A stretch of 64,000 nt of DNA from Thecamonas trahens ATCC 50062 (taxonomy: Eukaryota; Protista; Apusomonadida): the NCBI RefSeq assembly GCF_000142905.1, contig NW_013657611.1, positions 1-64,000 on the forward strand. The letters are read 5' to 3'. This document shows positions 54,802 to 64,000 of the stretch, piece by piece. The notes beneath the pieces are model-generated. The model saw nothing but the letters and a program-made list of their open reading frames with translations, ran no database searches and had not been told where the DNA came from. The position numbers and the translations under genes are program-made. Positions within the stretch are counted from its first letter, which is position 1. Every line of letters starts with the position of its first letter.

Positions 54802-57800
54802 CTACACGTAGATGACCGTCGTCATGTCGGCAACGTCAGCGGCAAAGGCCGTGGTGTCGCGGAGCGAGTTGCCTTCGAGCGAGAGCGTGGCGAGGGTGTT
54901 GTTGCGGGAGAGCGCGTCGAGAACGTACCGGAGGCCCGAGTCGGTGATCGAGTTGCCGTCGAGGACGAGGTTGTGGAGGAACTTGTTGTTGGAGAACGCG
55001 GCCGGGAGGAGGACGAGACCCTTGTCGCCGACCTTGGATCGGGCCATCGAGAGGGTGAGCAGGCCACGGTTGGCCTGCAGGGCGCGGCACATGTGCTCCA
55101 GCCCGTGGTTGCCGTACGAGTTGCCGTCGAGGATGAGGACCTTGAGTGTGGCGTTGCGCTCGAGCGAGCCAGCGAGGTCGTCAACGTCCGACGACTTCAG
55201 GCCATTGTTTGAGAGGTCGAGTCGCGCGAGGACCTTGTTCTTGGCAAGCGCGGCCTTGAGCGCGAGCTTGCCGGATCCGAGCTTGTTGTCTGCAAGGTTG
55301 AGGTCGGTGATGGTGGCGTTGCCCAGGATAGCCGCCGCGAGCGAAGACATCGACTTGGAGTCGAGGCCAGTGCCCGAGAGATCGAGCTGGACGAGGGAGC
55401 GCGAGGCCGGCAGGACGTCGAGGACCGCCAGCGGGCCACCCTTGCCGAACGAGGTGCCTGCAAAGTTGAGGCATGTCAGTTGCGTGTTGACGGCGAGGAC
55501 CCGCCCAAACTCGGCAGAGACGTCTGCCGAGAGCTTGCACGCCCCAACGGCGATCGACCGGATCTTGACCGACGGCGCAAGGAGGTACATGGCGAGGTTC
55601 TTACCAACCTTGGATGAAAACTTGTTGTCCGACACGTCGAGGTGGACGAGCGAGGCCGAGAGCATGAGCCCGCCGAGCAGCGCATCGAGGCCCGAATCGG
55701 AGATCTTGTTCGACGAAAAGTCGAGCTCGGTCAGCGCCTGCGAGTGCTGGAGCATGGCCTTGAGCGGCTGGCCCCACCCGCGGTCGTCGGCGATCTTGTT
55801 GCGGGCGAGGACAAGACGCTCGAGCGTCCCGTGCCCGGCAAGAGCCTCAAACAGCGCCGTTGCGCCCTTGTGCGAGATGTCGCACCCGGCGAGAAGTAGG
55901 TCCGCGAGGAACGGAAGCTTGACTAGCGACGCTGCCAGTGCGATGACGCCCTTGTTCGACATCGATGCGTTGTCCGAGAGGTCGAGCGTCGCAGCCGCAG
56001 CCGCATGAGCGACGGCGACGTGAGAGCCGATCCGAGGTGCGGTGTCCCAACCTTGTCCACCGCATTCGAGCCGAGGAGCAGGTGCTCGACGTTGAAGTTC
56101 TCCACGAGCTCGCCCGACGCCGACTCGAAGCTGAACGTCTGTACCATGGCGGTCATGACGCCCTTGAGCGTGGCCGAGGTGAGGCCGGCCTGGTACAACT
56201 CAAGCGTCCCGATCCAGCGGTTGGTGTCGATGGCCAAGTCGGCGTCGTGCCAGAGCTTGACCACCGGCGCGAGGCCTTCGGTTCGGAAGACCTGCATGAG
56301 CATGTGCTTGAAGACCTCCAGCCGCGAGGGGAAGATCGACCAGGTCAGCTTGCGTCGCGCCGGCGGATTGAACACCGTCGGCGCCGGCAGCGCCTGCTCG
56401 TACGCGGCCCAGTCGACGTCGAGCTCGGCTTCGCGGGCCGCCCGCTCCTCACCAAGAAGCCCGCCGTGGAGCAAGAGCCGATAGTAGGCTGTGATGAGGC
56501 CAAGGATCGAGTCGACAACCGTGCGCGACGCGTGGAACGTGATTCGTTCCACCCCCGACTCGAGCACGTCGTCCTCGGCGCCGACTGTCCGACCCTGCGA
56601 CTTACACTCGAGCTCAAACGAGGTGCCAGTCGGCGACGCCCGCCAGGCCACAAGCCGGGTGTACGGGATGAACCGCTCGAGCTCGGTCACCGCCGACGCG
56701 TTGGCCGAGCTTGAGCCAACCCGCGACCGCGACGGCACCAGCACAAAGAGGCCGTCCTCAGCCACGCCGATTTGCAGTGCCCGCCCGCGCTTGGAGCTCA
56801 CCATGTACATGGTGAGACCAAACGACGGCAGCTGCCGCGCCACCTCGATAAACTGCGCTCGCGCCGCAGACTCGTCAGCAAACTTGCCTGCCAGCCGCTC
56901 GTGGAGCCGCGCCAACCGCATCTCGTAATACGACTTGGGCATGACCTTGATGAGCCACGGCGGGAGGAACTCGTCGAGCTCGATGTCGTCGAGGTACGAG
57001 ACGGTGGTCTCGGTCGAGACAAAGTCACCAAACATGGCCTGGATGTGGTACGAGCCGAGGAGGAGCGTCTGGCCCTCGGACGCCTGCCACGTTCCGGCCA
57101 CAAGATGGTGCTGGATCTGCTCGTACATGAGGGTAATCGCCTTGGGGTCCGTCAGCGTCCGCGGCTCCTTCCAGTACTTGACTTTGAGCGTGATCTTGGC
57201 CGCCGCCGGGTCGAGCCCGAGTGAACCGAGTCGTGCGGTCGGATCCAACCACCTGTCTGCCGACGAGTCGGCCGCGTCCACCAACTCGAACAGCGAGTGG
57301 TCGTACATCCCGATCCGCCGCGCAAACTCCTCCTTGAGCAACTGCACCGTCACGTTGGTCGTCACCTTGAGCGCCTTCTTTGTCCCCGACATGGTGAGGA
57401 CAGAGACCACCAGCGACTCGCCACCCAGCTCCACAGAGTCCAGAAGTGAGTCCTTCTTGAGCAGCTCCTCGGGCGCAGGCGTCAGCGTCCGCGACGACGG
57501 CAAGCCGTCGTCGGAGATGTGCAAGACCGAGCGGACCCGCGCCCGGTTGGCATCCTTGCCGGTAGCCACCGCCTCGAGCACACCATCGCTCTCCTCTTTG
57601 CCCTTGCCGCTGCCCTCGGCCGCGCCGCCGGCACCAGTGTCCGACTCCGAGTCGGAGCCCGAGTCGGAGCGAGCCCCATCCACAACCGCTGGCGGCTGGG
57701 GCGCAGGGCTAGAGTCGGAGGCCGAGACAGAGTCGGAGCCTGCGCTGTTTGTGGTGGCCGACGGTGGTGCGGGCGGGGCGACGGCCGGGCGCTCCTTGCG

Positions 57801-58187
57801 GCGCTTCTGGAACTTCGGCCGCGACGTAGGCACCGGCGGAGGGACCGACGACGGCGCTTTCGGCGCATCATGATCCGAACCCGAGCTCAAGCCCGAGTCC
57901 GAGTCTGAGCCAGCCGACTCGTTTGCGTCCCCAGCTCCAGAAGCGGGAGGCGGAGCATCCGCGCTCTGGTCACCAGACTGGCTGATGCCACCAGAGGTCA
58001 CAACCCCATCCTCTGCCGATGCGACATCAGGAGAGGCGGCAGAAACCTTGCCATTGCCCTTATCCCCAGCCTTGGCCTTGGTCTTGTCCTTGCTCTTGCC
58101 CTTGCTCTTGACAGGGCTCGCCTCCGAGCCATATTCCGACGACGAGAATGTGCCCGACATGTCTGACGAGTCCGAGTCTGACGACAT
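54802..58187 (-). CDS. FERM domain + ribonuclease-inhibitor-type LRR protein (frame break ~55990)
   Basis: FERM: FELV..DRWLD..LKVKYW..DPKAITLMYEQ..HIQAMFGD..QLPSFGLT..IGVAEDG; more than 12 LxxLDLSxNxIxDxG repeats. Confidence 0.88.
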
Positions 58188-58289
58188 TACTTTCTGTGAG
58201 AACGAGCTGCCGCAGTGTTTGTTCCCTTTCTTGCTTGCAGAATTGGGTGCACGGGTACGTAAGCGTGTCCCGTCTTTGTGAATGTACGG

Positions 58290-58319
58290 TGTGTATGTAT
58301 GTATGTATGTATGTATGTA

Positions 58320-58382
<63 letters not shown>

Positions 58383-58436
58383 AGGTGCGGGGGTCAACTC
58401 CGTCAGGCACCAACCGACACAGTCGACGGGGGGCAA

Positions 58437-58467
<31 letters not shown>

Positions 58468-58470
58468 GAG
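58290..58470. repeat. (TATG)n/(TG)n and (GA)n microsatellites
   Basis: Directly visible. Confidence 0.95.
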
Positions 58471-58652
58471 GGAGAGGGGAATGTGGTGGCGTGTGTGTGC
58501 GGACAGAAGACCTATGTCTCTATGTGTGTGGGGTGTGTAGGGTTGGAGGGGAGGGAGGCAGGGAGGGAGGGACGGGTGGAGTGGTGCTCCAAGTGCTACT
58601 GTCCGCCCAGTGGTGGTGCTGTTGCTCTGCGGTGGCAGCGGCGGAACTTGCG

Positions 58653-58708
58653 CCATTTCAGCCACCATTTCAGCCACCATTTCAGCCACCATTTCAGCCA
58701 CCATTTCA
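58653..58708. repeat. 12-nt tandem repeat CCATTTCAGCCA x~4.5
   Basis: Directly visible in the divergent intergenic region. Confidence 0.9.
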
Positions 58709-58953
58709 TTACCGTTGCCTTTTTGTACCCTTCCCCCCCCCCCCCCCCTCCCCAATGCCGTTGTGGTGATGCCGAACGTGAGCATGTTACGAGGAATGTG
58801 ATTTTGAAGAAAGTCATGGTGACCTGCCCTGCCCAACGTAGTTTGTGATAACCGTTGTGCACATAATCGTGGTCCGACAACTCTTCCCCCCCCCCCCCCC
58901 CCCCCCCACTCCGCCACCGCCACCCACCCCGCTGCACCCACCACCTTCCAGCC

Positions 58954-60864
58954 ATGTCGTTCCGACTCCCTCCCCTCACCCCCTCACCCTCTGCCACAAC
59001 ACAGCCCACCTTTATCTCGTCGCTCCCGCCACACTCGGCTGTCTTTGTCCCGTCACAGTACTCGTCGGCACTATCACCATCACCACTATCACAGCCATCA
59101 CCGCCATCACAGCCATCACCGCCATCACCGCCATCACCGCCATCACCGCCATCACAGCCATCACCGCAATCACCGCAATCACCGCAATCATCAGTATCTT
59201 CGTCATCACAACTCGCGTCGCTCTCTGCGGACTTTATCCGTGATGTTTCGCCCATTGCTGGTATTGGTTTGCGGGACTCATCGTCATCGTCTAAATCGTC
59301 ATCGTCATCGTCATCGTCGACACCTCAATCTTCGGGCACTTCTTCTTTGGCGTACTCGGATGCGACGTCATCATCGTCGTCGTCACCGCCATCACCACGA
59401 GAAGGGATATCATCACCATCGCCGGTCTCGCGCGCGAGCTCACAAGTCGTCATTCCGGCGGTCATTCTGCCGTCGCACACTCCACCGCCACACGTACGAG
59501 CGCAGGGCTCGCGGACATGGTCGGCCGCCTCGCTCTCGACCAATAACTCGGCACCGCTTCCACGGGCCTCACACGTCTTTGGCATCCTCATCGCACTCGC
59601 GGCTGTCGCGATCTCGGTGGCCGTCACCGCCACGCTACTCTTTGGCGTCCTCCCGCTCTCGTCGGCCTCGCCCACTTCGACTTCGTCATTTGTCCGCCAC
59701 CACGCGCTCTATTTTCTCGTCCAAGTGCCGCTCTTGCTCTTTGTCATCCATGGGTATATGGTTGTTACGTACTCTTTTGTCTTTGAAGGTCTCTACATCG
59801 AGCCCCTCCCGCTCCTCTTCCGCTTCTGCTCAACCTCGCTTCCGGCCGGCGTCCTCGCCCTCGTCACTACCGCGTCGCTCTTCGGCTTGCAGCCAGGACT
59901 TTTCATTGGTGTCATTGCTGTTATTGTCACCATCCAGCGATTCCTGGTCCAGTACACCTCGCTGTACACCCTCCGCGCCGCTCTCCTCACCCAGAACTTT
60001 GTCCGGCTCGGTGGACGCTACCTCGATCTACAGTGGATACTCCTGCTCCTCCCGCTCATCGCTCTTGTGTGCACCACCTACGTCTTTACTGCTGATGTCA
60101 TCTTCCTGCCACTGTGGCAGTCGCTGGCTGTCTTCTTCTTCTTCTTTGTCCTCGTCGCCGCACACATGTTCCGCGTCGTCGTCATGCGCCCTCTCCAAGC
60201 CCGGCCCTTCATACTCTTTCCGCTCGCCATCCAGTCCGACGCCACTGCAGACGTCGGCTTTGCCTTTCTCCTGCCCTTTGCCACCTCGTGGGCACCCATT
60301 GCCACCCTTGTTGTCCTCCGCATCTCCTACATAACCCTTCTTATCTTCTTTGCCTTTACCTCCCGGGGCGCCAGCTGCCGCATGTGGATCCTGCAAACCC
60401 GTCGCGACCGCTCCGCCGCCGTCCACCTCTACCGCTCACCCGACGCCATGCTTGCCTTTCGCCAGCGCGTCGCCCACTACCTCATCTTCACTGTCCTCTC
60501 CTGGGTCATCTCCTCGGGCTCGTTTGCGCTCATCGCCTTTGCGCTCCGCAACTCGGCCAACTTTCCTTTCGCCTACCTCCCGCGCCCCCATCTCCACTCC
60601 TCGCTCGCCATCGCCGCCACCCTCACTGCCATTGCCGCTCTCGTCCTTGTTACGTTCCTCTCCGCACTTCCGCACCGCATTCTCGCAGACGTCGCCAACT
60701 CGCTTCGTCTCGGCTGGTACCTTGCTGCGCTCTCCTACCTCGTCTCCACCATCCTCATCCTTGTCCTCCTTCAGGCCCACTCGAAGCTCTGGTTCACCTT
60801 GCACGCCTCCAATCCCGGCGTTCTCGACCCCCTGGCCTCCTCGCCACTCATCCCGGGCCTCTAG
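58954..60864 (+). CDS. Hypothetical polytopic membrane protein (~11-12 TM) with Ser/Pro-rich N-terminus
   Basis: 636-aa ORF; many hydrophobic helices after about residue 205; 9-nt repeat at 59073-59190. Confidence 0.7.
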   Translation: MSFRLPPLTPSPSATTQPTFISSLPPHSAVFVPSQYSSALSPSPLSQPSPPSQPSPPSPPSPPSPPSQPSPQSPQSPQSSVSSSSQLASLSADFIRDVSPIAGIGLRDSSSSSKSSSSSSSSTPQSSGTSSLAYSDATSSSSSSPPSPREGISSPSPVSRASSQVVIPAVILPSHTPPPHVRAQGSRTWSAASLSTNNSAPLPRASHVFGILIALAAVAISVAVTATLLFGVLPLSSASPTSTSSFVRHHALYFLVQVPLLLFVIHGYMVVTYSFVFEGLYIEPLPLLFRFCSTSLPAGVLALVTTASLFGLQPGLFIGVIAVIVTIQRFLVQYTSLYTLRAALLTQNFVRLGGRYLDLQWILLLLPLIALVCTTYVFTADVIFLPLWQSLAVFFFFFVLVAAHMFRVVVMRPLQARPFILFPLAIQSDATADVGFAFLLPFATSWAPIATLVVLRISYITLLIFFAFTSRGASCRMWILQTRRDRSAAVHLYRSPDAMLAFRQRVAHYLIFTVLSWVISSGSFALIAFALRNSANFPFAYLPRPHLHSSLAIAATLTAIAALVLVTFLSALPHRILADVANSLRLGWYLAALSYLVSTILILVLLQAHSKLWFTLHASNPGVLDPLASSPLIPGL

Positions 60865-60885
60865 CATCAGCAGGCACACTAGCCT

Positions 60886-63800
60886 TTACATCGTAAACGG
60901 AATGTTGAATAGCGCCTGCATCTCGCTCGCCATCTTGGTCGACAGCGCCATCGCCGCCTTTGACTTGATCTCCGGCTCGAGCGTGCTCGCCATCAGCGCC
61001 GCCATGCTCGCCTGCATCCCCGCCTGAAGCGCCCCAGAGAACGCCTGCGCCACCACCATCTTCTCCGCGTACGGCATGTCGGGATCCAGAAATGCAAGCG
61101 GGTGGTCCGGCGGCAGCGCACCTGGGTGGTCTGACCCAGCCGCCACCGCGGGCGCCGGCGCCAGCGCTGCAATCTGCGCCGCAGCCTGTGCATACGCCGC
61201 AGCCTGCGCCTCCCGCACGTTGGCCACCGTCTCGCTCACCTGCGACTCGACACTCGCCTTGACGCCCTTTGCCTCGGCTGCTATCTTGGCTTCGCGTTTG
61301 CGCTGCCGCTCGAGATCGGCTGCGCGCCGCGCCGCCTCGCGCTCCGCCCGCGCCGCCTCGCGCGCCGCCTTGGCCTCAGCCTTGGCTGCTGCCTTGGCCT
61401 CCCTCTCCCGCGTCGTGGTGTCGACGACGTCAAACTCGATTTCGGCCTTGAGCATCGGCATTGCGTCGATCTGCTTGCTCGCGTGGTAGTACAGCACCCG
61501 GTACCTGCCCTCGTCTAGCTTGAGTCGCAGGTTGCATCCGTTCCGGTCCGACACCAGCGCGGTACGGCTTGAAGACAGATCCTTGCGCTCCATCAGCTCG
61601 CCGGCCATGCTCCATACCTCAATCCAGTACCGCACTGTCGTCGTGATCGGATAAAAATGAACGTGGTTGTGCTCAAGCACCAACACCACAAGCGGCGGCC
61701 CTCTGCCCGACGGCGGCGTGACAGTGACAGACACGAGTTGCAGCATCCGATTCGCGCTCAGCGCGTTCTCGGCAGCCAGCGCCTCGGCCAGCCGCGCGTC
61801 ATCGATTGCTAACGCAGACACCGGCTCGTGCGGCCCACGGCCTGTCGCCACCAACACTGCTACATTCCCGGCCACGCTTGCCTTGGCCACTCTCAGCGCG
61901 GGCACGAGGCCCACATTGATCTGCCGGAACAGAAGCGAGGACGTGGCGTGTGGAATCGCGACCGCTATATGTGTCGAGCCGGCACCAAAGACCGCACCAT
62001 CGGCCGTCACCACCAGCGCGGCCCCGTCCGACGACGCTACCGCCACCACGCGCTGCGGCGGGTGTCCACGCGGCGTGCCTGGCGTATGCAGGGAGACCTT
62101 GGTCGGAAACTGCCTCGATCGCTGGACGCCGACCCCAACCATCCGCCGCGATCGGTGCGCAAACACGTACAGCTCGCCACTTGCAGACACCGCGGCGTTT
62201 TGCGAGACCGCCACAAACCGAGTCTCGATCGTCGCGGGCGTCACGTTGATCCGCGCCGGACGCTCGCTCCCGCGCCCCAGCACATACAAATTGCCACCTG
62301 CAGAGAGAAAGACACAGGCCTCGCACCCAATGGCCATGTCGGTCATCACCAGCGGCGCGAGTATGTCCAGCGCGACAGGCAGTGCAAACGCCTTGGTCTC
62401 TCGCGGGGCGCCGAGCTTGCACTGCTCATTCGAGCCCCATCCAAAGACCTCGCCTGTCGCACTCCGCGCCAGCGACGCCTTGTAGCCAGCCACGACCTGC
62501 ACAATACGCAGCTTTTGGATGGCCTTGATGAGCTGTGGCGAGCTGCGCGGCAGATCGTCACCATGTCCAAGTCGCCCCATCCCACCCGAGCCCCACGAGA
62601 AGACCTTGCCAGACGCTGTGAGCGCTAGCGCATGGGTGGCATGGACAGACACAGACTGCTTCCACTCGCGGTCAAAGTCGTTGGCGCCGTGCGGCGCGAC
62701 AGAAACTTGCACCACACCTTTGCCCGCCAGTCCCACCAGCGGCAGCGGAACATGGCTGTACAACACGTTGCACGACGCAAGAAGCACCGGATTGTCGCCC
62801 AGAATGTACACGCTGTTGACCTCGGGCCGGTTCTCGCTCCCCACCACAAACACCGCACCGCGATCAAACGCAGCCACGTCTACCACCGGCGCTCCGATGA
62901 GTCCAGCCACAAGCGATGGTGTCTTGAACGTAGTAAGATTCGACCGCGAGGAGCCTGTCGCAAACCACTCGCCCCACACCAGCGGGACCGCCGTAGGCAC
63001 TCCAGTCTGCTCGTGGACAATGGGATTCGGCAGTACTACGTTCTCCACAGACGGCAGCGCCGGAGCACCATACTCAAGCGGGCCCTGCACAGCAGTAATC
63101 AGCGTTGACCGCAACAGGTCGCGCGGGAGACAGAGTGCCGGCGTCATATCCGACCGATGGCTGCTACTCCGCGACATGCGCTCACCGTTCGCAATGTCCA
63201 TAAAGCAGTTGCTACACAGGCACCGCTCAAGCGGCGGCCGCGAAATCGAGGTCACAAACCCTACATGAGTCTGGATAGGCAGCTCGCATCGGATGCACTC
63301 GATGCTTGCCGCCGACGTCGCCAAAGGCGTCACCGCAAACGTGGTCGTCTCGAGGCCAAGGTCCGGGAGCACCGGCATGTGTGGAAGTTGGCTAAGCCTG
63401 TCCCCAATGCGCACGCCCGGAAAGGCATCCCTGTTGCTTGGCAACGACATCGAGCACATGTGGAAAAACATCCGATCCGGCTCCGCGCTCACGCACGCTT
63501 CACACATCACCGTGTGGCATGTACGCGCGTTGTCGTACTGCGAGTGAAGGGAGCTGATCGCAGTCCTGCACGCAAGAAAGGCCGCTCCACCCACAATGTG
63601 CTCTTCGCAACGCATGCACGTCATCTTGCCGTACGCTGAGCTGCCGCCCTCGTCGGAGCGGACGGTCGGCCCCAGGCCCCACACGAGTGACGACGGCGCG
63701 AGCTGCAGCGGCGGCACGCTCGGGAGCGGAATGGCAGTAAAGGTGTGCTCCGAGGTGTGCTCGCTGCCGCTCTCCACGCCAGCACCCTTGGCATGGCACG

Positions 63801-64000
63801 CTTCACAGAGATCAAAGTCTGCACACTCGCGACACTTGTACCGCGTCCCGGCCAAGTCGGTGATCCGGCACCCGTCGCACCGCACGTTGCTGTGCCTCAA
63901 AAGGGCGCCGCATTTTGCGGGTGCCTCTACGTACAGCACGTGGGTTGGATCATGCAGCGAGGCAACAGTGCACGCTTTGCAGAGCGCAGTCGACGGGCAG
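60886..64000 (-). CDS. ZZ zinc finger + RCC1 repeat protein (5' partial)
   Basis: CDGC..GTRYKCRECADFDLCEAC..HTSEHTF (ZZ); RCC1 HALALTASGKVFSWGSGGMGRLGHG, GEVFGWGSNEQCKLG; frame stays open to the window edge with another CxxC/H finger. Confidence 0.85.
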   Translation of the reverse strand, partial: CPSTALCKACTVASLHDPTHVLYVEAPAKCGALLRHSNVRCDGCRITDLAGTRYKCRECADFDLCEACHAKGAGVESGSEHTSEHTFTAIPLPSVPPLQLAPSSLVWGLGPTVRSDEGGSSAYGKMTCMRCEEHIVGGAAFLACRTAISSLHSQYDNARTCHTVMCEACVSAEPDRMFFHMCSMSLPSNRDAFPGVRIGDRLSQLPHMPVLPDLGLETTTFAVTPLATSAASIECIRCELPIQTHVGFVTSISRPPLERCLCSNCFMDIANGERMSRSSSHRSDMTPALCLPRDLLRSTLITAVQGPLEYGAPALPSVENVVLPNPIVHEQTGVPTAVPLVWGEWFATGSSRSNLTTFKTPSLVAGLIGAPVVDVAAFDRGAVFVVGSENRPEVNSVYILGDNPVLLASCNVLYSHVPLPLVGLAGKGVVQVSVAPHGANDFDREWKQSVSVHATHALALTASGKVFSWGSGGMGRLGHGDDLPRSSPQLIKAIQKLRIVQVVAGYKASLARSATGEVFGWGSNEQCKLGAPRETKAFALPVALDILAPLVMTDMAIGCEACVFLSAGGNLYVLGRGSERPARINVTPATIETRFVAVSQNAAVSASGELYVFAHRSRRMVGVGVQRSRQFPTKVSLHTPGTPRGHPPQRVVAVASSDGAALVVTADGAVFGAGSTHIAVAIPHATSSLLFRQINVGLVPALRVAKASVAGNVAVLVATGRGPHEPVSALAIDDARLAEALAAENALSANRMLQLVSVTVTPPSGRGPPLVVLVLEHNHVHFYPITTTVRYWIEVWSMAGELMERKDLSSSRTALVSDRNGCNLRLKLDEGRYRVLYYHASKQIDAMPMLKAEIEFDVVDTTTREREAKAAAKAEAKAAREAARAEREAARRAADLERQRKREAKIAAEAKGVKASVESQVSETVANVREAQAAAYAQAAAQIAALAPAPAVAAGSDHPGALPPDHPLAFLDPDMPYAEKMVVAQAFSGALQAGMQASMAALMASTLEPEIKSKAAMALSTKMASEMQALFNIPFTM

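Noticed and set aside
1-64000. Many long antisense or alternate-frame ORFs (e.g. 12123-13937, 23076-24887, 38469-39611, 42484-43821, 54812-56008)
   Set aside because: Shadow ORFs expected from high GC3 opposite well-supported genes; no domain motifs

Overview
Gene-dense, GC-rich, nearly intron-free eukaryotic draft contig with two N-gaps. The organism is flagellated (it has IFT144); composition and gene content resemble the apusomonad Thecamonas trahens, but that is inference and was not verified. About 26 protein-coding genes are supported: F-box/ankyrin, Sec20, IFT144/WDR19, NOL10, a kelch membrane protein, MiaA, a PRC1 RING1-like ligase, REXO4, a receptor pseudo-cyclase, ERMP1, a small UBL, a four-pore-loop channel-like protein, a Cdc15/Cdc7-like kinase, a PDI-FKBP fusion, a CDC123-like ATP-grasp, ABCD, an Ank-PH-RapGAP-CNH protein, RBM39-like, TLC, FERM-LRR, a partial ZZ-RCC1, and several hypotheticals. 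Three things stand out. (1) A single-chain membrane protein appears to carry four TM-pore loop-TM modules with non-canonical K+ filter sequences. (2) There are 10-11 frame breaks, and every one is fixed by adding exactly one nucleotide; homopolymer under-calling is the most likely cause, but recoding or editing is testable. (3) All ten convergent gene pairs have stop codons only -4 to 58 nt apart. No rRNA, tRNA, CRISPR or intact mobile element was recognised.
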